From Ohtaekwangia sp. (GTDB taxonomy: Bacteria; Bacteroidota; Bacteroidia; Cytophagales; Cyclobacteriaceae), in assembly GCF_036568665.1 (NCBI RefSeq), contig NZ_DATCSD010000313.1, positions 1,569 through 65,568 of the forward strand: DNA of 64,000 nt, read 5' to 3'. The notes below the pieces were generated by a model. The model did no database searches. It had not been told where the DNA came from and saw only the letters and a program-made list of their open reading frames with translations. This document shows, piece after piece, positions 57,228 through 64,000 of this stretch (positions within the stretch are counted from its first letter, which is position 1; every line of letters begins with the position of its first letter). The position numbers were made by a program, and so were the translations under genes.

Positions 57228-57995
57228 TTATTGTTCCTTGAAAATAAAGGAATTTATCACCGATGGGTTGTTCATCTTATACAGTACAATGTTGAATTTC
57301 TTCTGCTGTTCCCGAATCACATTACTAAACATTTCCGATACCGCATAGTTGGTAGCGTATATCTTATCACCATACGCAAAACCGCTGCTCAGGAAGTTCC
57401 CGGCACTGAATGTAACAGAAGAGTTTTGTACATTATTCACATAGCCCGCATTGATGTATCCTCCGGGACCAAATGCTATTTCTTTCGTATTGATTGATAC
57501 CTCCGGACTTTTACTAAAACAGAAGTATTCCCCCACCATATAGTCTCCATCGGGTTTATCGTTTGTGGAACGTTGATAACTCAGCCAGCCATCTGCATAG
57601 TCTACCCAGAAGTATTCATCAAAAGAAAAAGGAATTTCTTCCACTAACGCAATCTCAGATACTGTATCTGCACTGGTGGTATGCTCTATTTTAATTGTGT
57701 TAATCCCTACATATCCGGGTTTATCGATCGTTAACAATAAGTCGCCCTTGGGTAAATTATCAACTTTAAATTTTCCGTTAGCGTCCGGAGTAACTACCAC
57801 AGGGCTTGCATTTACATCACCGAATTTGATAGTAACATCAGAATATACCAGGTTCTCCTCTCCATATTTATCATAAAGCTTAACACTCCCCACCAATGTA
57901 TTTGTCTCTATACCATTGTCATCATCCGAACAGGAAAAGATGATCATTGAAATTAGTAGTGCGAAAAGGGTTACGGTTGAAAAATAGGGCTTCAT
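57228..57995 (-). CDS. Lipoprotein with carboxypeptidase-regulatory-like domain
   Basis: Lipobox IIFS/CSDDD; G.V.L...V.I...TPDANGKF....LP.G..L.I.KPGY. Likely start 57995. Confidence 0.65.
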   Translation of the reverse strand: MKPYFSTVTLFALLISMIIFSCSDDDNGIETNTLVGSVKLYDKYGEENLVYSDVTIKFGDVNASPVVVTPDANGKFKVDNLPKGDLLLTIDKPGYVGINTIKIEHTTSADTVSEIALVEEIPFSFDEYFWVDYADGWLSYQRSTNDKPDGDYMVGEYFCFSKSPEVSINTKEIAFGPGGYINAGYVNNVQNSSVTFSAGNFLSSGFAYGDKIYATNYAVSEMFSNVIREQQKKFNIVLYKMNNPSVINSFIFKEQ

Positions 57996-58099
57996 ATTTA
58001 TTGATGGGATTATAATATACAACTTACCATTAGCGTTGATACATTACGGTTAATACCACACCAAATTTAATGCTTTACAACGAACTTCCTATATATATG

Positions 58100-58126
58100 A
58101 AAAAAGCCCCGGTATTCCAGGGCTTT
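58100..58126 (-). terminator. Intrinsic terminator after the PKD lipoprotein gene
   Basis: AAAGCCCCGG/CCAGGGCTTT hairpin with an A-tract on the left (U-tail on the minus strand). Confidence 0.7.
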
Positions 58127-58149
58127 AATGTTATTATAGCTAAAGACTA

Positions 58150-58950
58150 TTAATACTTCTGAACTTTGATATTCACCAGCAGGCGTTCACCATTGATAGC
58201 CGTTGTTTTAATAGCACCTTTTTTTCCTGATGCAGTTTCAAACAGAATGATATACGGGTTAGATGTACCAAAGCTCTCCTCATCGCTCGCATCGATCGCT
58301 ACATTTTTGATGAAGCTCTCGTCAGTAGCGTTGTCAAATACAGTTGGAGTAACGCCAAGCCCCTCTGGGTAGTTGATAACTTTTGTAGTGGTTGCTCCTG
58401 CTATTCCAAATTTCTCGTTCGCATCATCAGGACTTGTAAAGTAATTTACAGAAGTACCTAATTGACTGAAAGCAAGATCAATTTTAGGACCTGTAGTGCT
58501 GTTCACTTCGCTGTCTTTATAGATCAGTCCTGTTTGCGTAGAGAAGAAACGACCGTAGGTAGAGCTTCCTGCTTCACGCGCAAAAGCAACATCGGTATAG
58601 GTAACGATAGCACTGTTTCCTTCGATCTCTACGGTTTTAACAACTGTCTTGGTGTCGCTGCCACTGGTTGCTACCAGGGTAACTTCAAATGTTCCGGCCT
58701 TATCAACCGTAAGAGCTGCAGGATCTTTATCCAGCGATGTACTAACATTAGCGCCAGCGCTGAATGCCCATCCATATACAACAGCACCTGTTGTTGAGTT
58801 GGTAATTGTAACGGTAGCATTCGGTGCCTGACCGCTAACAGACAATGAGAAGTCAGCAACTACAGCTGTACTGTCATCGTCACTTGAACAAGATGAAACA
58901 AACAGGATAGCACATAACATGGCCACCGGTGCAAAAAACTTTTTAATCAT
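58150..58950 (-). CDS. Lipoprotein with PKD-like domain
   Basis: Lipobox FVSS/CSSDDD; VADFS...P..VTITNSTTGA..Y.W.F...GTFEVTLVAT. Confidence 0.7.
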   Translation of the reverse strand: MIKKFFAPVAMLCAILFVSSCSSDDDSTAVVADFSLSVSGQAPNATVTITNSTTGAVVYGWAFSAGANVSTSLDKDPAALTVDKAGTFEVTLVATSGSDTKTVVKTVEIEGNSAIVTYTDVAFAREAGSSTYGRFFSTQTGLIYKDSEVNSTTGPKIDLAFSQLGTSVNYFTSPDDANEKFGIAGATTTKVINYPEGLGVTPTVFDNATDESFIKNVAIDASDEESFGTSNPYIILFETASGKKGAIKTTAINGERLLVNIKVQKY

Positions 58951-59476
58951 AACTTTTTTTTAATTTTTAGGACACAATGATAGACCTATAGCTACGGCTA
59001 TAAAAAGTAAACTATAGGCAAACCTTACACACGCAACGGTATGGCTACTGAAAATAATGGTGAAGAACAGCTTAAGGATTAAAACGTTCGAACGGTTAAA
59101 TAAAAGGATGCCCGGTGAAGTGAATACTTTCTTTGAATAGAGTAAAAAATCCAACTAAGCTAATTATTCCGTTATTTATATAATCGTACAAATAATTACT
59201 CCCACCAGTGTTTATCCTAATTATTACTATGAATATATACTATGAGAATATGTCCGCTTCCGGACGATTTCTAAATGGCTTTTGACGATAGTATAAGCTC
59301 GCTGCTATAGGTGAAAATATAGTATCACTCTCTGACAACATACGGAAATCACCGCAGACTATACTTGAAGCAGTTATTATTACTCGCGAAGAGGCAGGCG
59401 AGTTTATCCTCTAAAATCTCAAATTGCTTCGAAGCCGTTATATAGTGGACACTCTATTGAAAGATATTTACTTTAC

Positions 59477-59974
59477 TTACAACATATAAATATCCATAAG
59501 AAGGAGAGAAATGGACCTTAGTAATACAGGAAGCACTACGTTTAAATACTTGTTTTTTCCCGTCAAGAAAATAATAAACAACAATACTCCTATTCCAACT
59601 CCAATTGTTGTACCACCCGTTATTAAAAGTGTTTTATACCCATCATTACCCAAATGAAAGAGGGAAAACGCAATACCAAGTGCAGAAATTCCTGAGCTTA
59701 TCCAAAGCACCTTTGGTATAATCATCAATCCCAGTAATTCTGAAAAGCCAAATTGCTTGCTCATCTGCTCGGAAAGATCGACTGGTCGAAACGCGAATAA
59801 GAAAAAGACGACACCAAGTCCGATAAGTGCTACCTCAATCACTATCGTGCTTATTTCCAACAACATTAGCATTGCCCCAATCACAAGAGCCGTTAATAAA
59901 ATTCTCTCTAACAATGGAAGATGCTTGGTTATTCTTATGATCATTGGTATTGAAGTCTTCGATGAAGTTTCCAT
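59477..59974 (-). CDS. Hypothetical multi-TM membrane protein
   Basis: 165-aa ORF with about five hydrophobic segments; AT-rich. Confidence 0.6.
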   Translation of the reverse strand: METSSKTSIPMIIRITKHLPLLERILLTALVIGAMLMLLEISTIVIEVALIGLGVVFFLFAFRPVDLSEQMSKQFGFSELLGLMIIPKVLWISSGISALGIAFSLFHLGNDGYKTLLITGGTTIGVGIGVLLFIIFLTGKNKYLNVVLPVLLRSISLLLMDIYML

Positions 59975-60229
59975 TTTACTTTACCGGTAATATATAAATT
60001 CAGCACAAGGTATAATGAACAAAGGGCATAAAAATATAAAATAAGAAAGTCAAGATTTAAGAAGCACAAGATTCAGAAGGTTCTCATTTGTAACGACAAA
60101 GATTTCTCAGTATTAGACAGTCTAAGACACTTTCCGAACCTACCTTAGCAAGGTGTTTGAGTGATGAGTTCACAACACGGCCAGACTATTTAAAATGTTG
60201 TAGGAAGTCGCCTGGAATACTTTCATTAA

Positions 60230-60397
60230 CAGTTTATACTTATCTATAAACGACTCACAAATCATAACCTATTACTTATGATTCTTATAACCGTAACTTC
60301 CATTGATGAGTGGACGCTTTATACTTACCTGGGCGTTGTTGAAATTGTACTTACAAGCACTATTGCCTGGTATGCGTGGCGATGGCCAAGAGTATGA
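60230..60397 (+). pseudogene. 5'-truncated remnant resembling the C-terminus of DUF6326-like membrane proteins
   Basis: Open frame from the stop at 60227-60229 reads ...MILITVTSIDEWTLYTYLGVVEIVLTSTIAWYAWRWPRV*; below the ORF-track cutoff. Confidence 0.5.
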
Positions 60398-60467
60398 TAT
60401 ATATACTTTGTGTTGGTATATTTGGTAGAAGATTTGTTAGAAGGTTTATTAACATATTATAATTTTT

Positions 60468-60881
60468 ATGCATGCATCTTACCAACACAATACGCCACCA
60501 GTTATTTCTGTAATGCTGGCAGTATCAGACACTCCTAAAGCTGTTGCCTGGTACAAAGAGGCATTGGGAGCTACAGAGTTATGGAACTTAGGCTCAGTCG
60601 CGGGATTACAAATTGCCGGAGCTCCTTTCTTTTTGGGCGAGCCAGCAGCAAATGGTTGGGAAAGTCCAGCCAAGCTTGGCATCACTTCTGCCCGCATTGA
60701 AGTTTTCTGTGATGATCCGGATGCTTTCATTACTCGTGCGGTGAAGTGTGGTGCAAATGGTGACTTCGATCCTATCCGGAATCACGAAGCTCTGTGGGGT
60801 ATTCACCGACAAGGAGGATTTATAGATCCCTTTGGTCACATCTGGTTGATTGGTGATCGATCTCCTCTACAAGTTTATTAA
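60468..60881 (+). CDS. VOC/glyoxalase (PhnB-like) protein
   Basis: ML.VSD...AVAWYKEALGA.E, DDPDA...RAV..GA, WG.R.G...DPFGHIW.I. Confidence 0.88.
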   Translation: MHASYQHNTPPVISVMLAVSDTPKAVAWYKEALGATELWNLGSVAGLQIAGAPFFLGEPAANGWESPAKLGITSARIEVFCDDPDAFITRAVKCGANGDFDPIRNHEALWGIHRQGGFIDPFGHIWLIGDRSPLQVY

Positions 60882-61195
60882 TTTACATAAGATACCGGGC
60901 ATAGAGATTTACGAATCGGTGAATACAGGTCGCTCCTGAATGTGGAAGCAAACATCTATATACCTAACACGTCCAAATGACGCTTATAAAAGAAAGCCCT
61001 TTACAACAAAGAAATGTTCCTCTTGCAGAACTGATTCTACCATTAGAAGCTTAACTCCATGTATTTTAAATCATTTTTTATATTTTACAGGCTAAGTTAT
61101 AACGTGAAGCTGCAAACATCTTATAAATCATTGAGTTCATTTTCTGTACATACGCTCAGACTGTTAATCAACCCGCATCGGATCGCACTAACCTG

Positions 61196-62296
61196 ATGAG
61201 TAACAAATCTATCTACTTTTCTGGCTTAAACGGTTTACGAGCAATTTCAGCCATAGCTGTTGTCGTTTCTCATACAACACTAAGTTTGAAGGAGTTCAAT
61301 CTGGATCCCTTTTTATTTGGCGTGTCGCAAGAAGGAAAACCTCAGGGCCTTTCACTTGCTGGATATGGAGTGAGCATATTTTTCGTTCTAAGTGGTTTTC
61401 TGATAACCTTCTTGTTGCAAACAGAAAAAGATATACAGGATATTAATATCAAAAATTTTTACACAAGAAGAATCCTCAGAATCTGGCCGCTGTATTATTT
61501 ATATATAGGTCTATATATAGTAACGATGCTTATATATGGCATTTGTATCGACTGGCAAACTCTTCTATACTATATTTTGCCGGCTGCCAATATTCCTTTT
61601 ATCACCGGAGGGAGCACCGTGGGGCTCTTATCTCATTACTGGTCTTTAGGCGTAGAAGAACAATTCTATCTGTTTTGGCCCTGGCTCAATAAAAAAGCAA
61701 CTATGCTGTTATCGCTCGCAATAACACTCATTATCATTTTGATCAGCGCCAAGACTGTTCTCCATCTGTTTTATCCAAATTCCATTTGGGAAGTATCCAT
61801 ACACATTACCCGATTTCATTGTATGCTGATAGGAGCAGCCGGAGCATTGCTATATAAAAATAAAAACACATTATTCCTCGCACTGGTGAATAACAAATTA
61901 ACGCAATCTGTTTGCTGGGTGATCATTTTCCTGGTTGCCATCAATAAATATCATATAGCTTCCTTCATTGATAACGAGATTATTTCTGTAGTAGCACTAT
62001 GTTTAATTATCGGGCAGATTGAGATTAAAAACAGAATGGTGAATTTGGAAGTAGGCCTCCTCGATTTCCTGGGAAGAATTTCTTTTGGAATATATGTTCT
62101 CCATCCGTTACTTATATTCTTCATTTCGAAATTACTCCCGGATATGACTATATATTTACCACTCCGGTATATTATTGTTTATTTACTTATACTGACAACA
62201 ACCATTTTCTTTTCCTATCTATCCTATAGATACTTTGAAAAGTACTTTCTAAATTTCAAAACAAGATTTGAAATTGTAAAAGGGTACAAGAATTAG
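61196..62296 (+). CDS. Acyltransferase family 3 (OafA-like)
   Basis: LNGLRAI.A..VVV.H, GV.IFFVLSGFLIT, FY.RR.LRIWPLYY, HYWSLGVEEQFYL.WP, LG.ISFGIY..H. Confidence 0.93.
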   Translation: MSNKSIYFSGLNGLRAISAIAVVVSHTTLSLKEFNLDPFLFGVSQEGKPQGLSLAGYGVSIFFVLSGFLITFLLQTEKDIQDINIKNFYTRRILRIWPLYYLYIGLYIVTMLIYGICIDWQTLLYYILPAANIPFITGGSTVGLLSHYWSLGVEEQFYLFWPWLNKKATMLLSLAITLIIILISAKTVLHLFYPNSIWEVSIHITRFHCMLIGAAGALLYKNKNTLFLALVNNKLTQSVCWVIIFLVAINKYHIASFIDNEIISVVALCLIIGQIEIKNRMVNLEVGLLDFLGRISFGIYVLHPLLIFFISKLLPDMTIYLPLRYIIVYLLILTTTIFFSYLSYRYFEKYFLNFKTRFEIVKGYKN

Positions 62297-62353
62297 ATAA
62301 CAGGCTTCATCTTTGAAGAGAACCTACATTGCTCACATGGGCTATAAACATTA

Positions 62354-62875
62354 ATGATCGATAACTATATTATCCGAAGCGCAACACCAGACGAGTTCTC
62401 TCTAATTGGCAGACTCATGGTAAAGGTGTATTCGGGACTGGAAGGCTTCCCAAAAGAATCTGAACAACCTAATTACTACCGCATGCTCGCCAATGTAGGT
62501 GAGCTTACCACTAAACCGGATACAGATATACTCGTAGCCGTTTCATTAACCGGTACTATAGCTGGAGCAGTTGTATATTTTGGCGACATGAAATATTATG
62601 GTTCTGGTGGCACTGCTACACAAGAACAAAATGCTGCCGGGTTCAGACTGCTGGCGGTGGATGATCTAGCGCGCGGGCAAGGTATCGGTAAATTGCTAAC
62701 GCTTGCCTGCATAAAAAAAGCAAAAGAACAGAAACTCCTGCAGCTGATCATTCATACTACTATGGCCATGCAAACCGCCTGGAAGATGTATGAATCACTA
62801 GGGTTTAAAAGATCCGAAGATCTTGATTTTATGCAGGGAGAATTACCGGTGTTTGGTTTTAGATTAATGTTATAA
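62354..62875 (+). CDS. GNAT-family N-acetyltransferase
   Basis: RLLAV...ARGQGIGK.L acetyl-CoA motif, A.KMYESLGF.R. Confidence 0.9.
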   Translation: MIDNYIIRSATPDEFSLIGRLMVKVYSGLEGFPKESEQPNYYRMLANVGELTTKPDTDILVAVSLTGTIAGAVVYFGDMKYYGSGGTATQEQNAAGFRLLAVDDLARGQGIGKLLTLACIKKAKEQKLLQLIIHTTMAMQTAWKMYESLGFKRSEDLDFMQGELPVFGFRLML

Positions 62876-62885
62876 CCATGCGACT

Positions 62886-63485
62886 ATGGGCTTAGATAGC
62901 GTAGCACTTATCGTAGATATAGAAACACACTTCGACATTACCATTCCCAACAAAGAGGCCGAGAAAATATATACCGTTCAGGACATAGCGGACTGTGTTG
63001 TTAACAAAGTAACCATACATCCAAGCGATAAATGCAAATCTCAGATTCTATTCTATAAATTCAGAAATTACTTTATACAAAGATTTCCCACCAATGAAAA
63101 TGAATTTAAGCCTGACTCCAAATTAACGGACTGGATTCCACGGAATGAATTGAAAGATACCTGGGCAGATATAGCAAGTAAGCTTGACATTGAATTGCCT
63201 TACCTCTCGCCTTTAGATCTTGATCCTTCAAAACCCAGGGAAATTAAGTTTTTATGGATAACAATCGATACCCACACAGAATTACTGACCGATGATGCTA
63301 CCGCAAGCAAATTGATACAATGGACTTTATCCTTAAATCACAAAAAGCTTATTGATCCAAAAAATCTTTGTAGCAAACAAGATATAGAAAATATAGTTAT
63401 CGGTATTGTTAGTGAATCTGTGGGCCTCCATGTTCAGGAGATCAAACTGGAACATGTGTTGACCAATGATTTAGGAATTGATTAA
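62886..63485 (+). CDS. Acyl-carrier-protein-like protein, apparently circularly permuted
   Basis: N-terminus MGLDSVALIVDIETHFDITIPNKEAEKIYTVQDI matches ACP helices II-IV. C-terminus IVSESVGL..QEIKLEHVLTNDLGID* matches ACP helix I and loop. Confidence 0.7.
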   Translation: MGLDSVALIVDIETHFDITIPNKEAEKIYTVQDIADCVVNKVTIHPSDKCKSQILFYKFRNYFIQRFPTNENEFKPDSKLTDWIPRNELKDTWADIASKLDIELPYLSPLDLDPSKPREIKFLWITIDTHTELLTDDATASKLIQWTLSLNHKKLIDPKNLCSKQDIENIVIGIVSESVGLHVQEIKLEHVLTNDLGID

Positions 63486-63608
63486 AACCAGATCGCATAT
63501 CCTTCCATTTTTATATCGTGAGCATCTTCACCAATACTCGCCAATTGTATAGCAGCGGGAGGCGTATAGGAACTACGTTGGTAACTTTCAACAGGATGGA
63601 ACAGGCAT

Positions 63609-63639
63609 AAAAAAATTGCAGGGATTTTTCACCCTGCAA
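63609..63639 (-). terminator. Intrinsic terminator
   Basis: TTGCAGGG/CCCTGCAA 8-bp stem with an A7 tract on the left (U-tail on the minus strand). Confidence 0.75.
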
Positions 63640-63671
63640 CCTTCGTTAAATCTTTCGATTTATAGTTTTTC

Positions 63672-63896
63672 TTATTGAGCTTCACCAGCAGCTTCCAGTG
63701 CAAGTTCTTCAGTAGTAGAGTTGTCACCATTCTCTTTCGCTGGCTTCACTTTCTTAACGGACTTGTCAACAATTTTCTCAAGTGCACCAATAGCTTCCTG
63801 AACAGGCTTCAGTTTCGACATCAGTTCAGCTTCTTCTTCTTTCAATTTTTTCAATGCATCAATCACCGGGTTCTCTTTTGCAATTTCCTTGGCCAT
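63672..63896 (-). CDS. Small charged coiled-coil hypothetical protein
   Basis: 74 aa, K/E-rich heptad pattern, AT-rich leader and its own terminator. Confidence 0.65.
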   Translation of the reverse strand: MAKEIAKENPVIDALKKLKEEEAELMSKLKPVQEAIGALEKIVDKSVKKVKPAKENGDNSTTEELALEAAGEAQ

Positions 63897-64000
63897 AATC
63901 GTATTTGTTTTATTGTAAAAATCTTTCCCTTTATAACGCTCAAGCCGTCTCGGGGAAAAACGGGCTGCTAAAATACAATCAAAATTGTTAGCGAGGTAGC

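Noticed and set aside
58960-59154. 64-aa minus-strand ORF
   Set aside because: No motif, lies in the AT-rich upstream region of the lipoprotein gene, and cannot be supported.
58951-63500. Integron cassette array
   Set aside because: No integrase, no repeated attC with correctly spaced RYYYAAC/GTTRRRY ends, and mixed gene orientation.

Overview
Chromosomal window from a Bacteroidota bacterium, probably Cytophagales. This is inferred from T9SS C-terminal sorting domains, TAnnTTTG promoter boxes, ECF/FecR and PorT-like genes. Bases 1-41 kb are mostly core genes (tsaD, a TamB-like protein, rnpB, an NtrC-like regulator, menC-like, queA, an OmpA-family protein, amn, MFS, LacI) plus two very large T9SS cargo proteins. 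The standout is a tightly packed six-gene + strand cluster at 20780-37217: an Npt/TLC-like transporter fused to HEAT and a degenerate cNMP-binding domain; a triple TIR-like protein whose first TIR lacks the catalytic Glu; an nSTAND1 NTPase-TM-coiled coil-WD40 protein; a TPR-like/PorT-like beta-barrel; a beta-propeller lipoprotein; and a 2069-aa T9SS cargo. I infer this may be a trans-envelope STAND signalling system. Bases 41-64 kb are a patchwork of regulators, redox/stress enzymes and lipoproteins that becomes AT-richer after about 58.9 kb. That region includes a truncated anti-sigma factor, an output-less GAF-4xPAS sensor, a gene remnant and a circularly permuted ACP-like protein. Inverted 7-mer and 8-mer periodic arrays flank terminators at convergent gene junctions. 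I found no tRNA, rRNA, CRISPR array, transposase or integrase. All protein calls come from motif recognition by eye, not from database searches.
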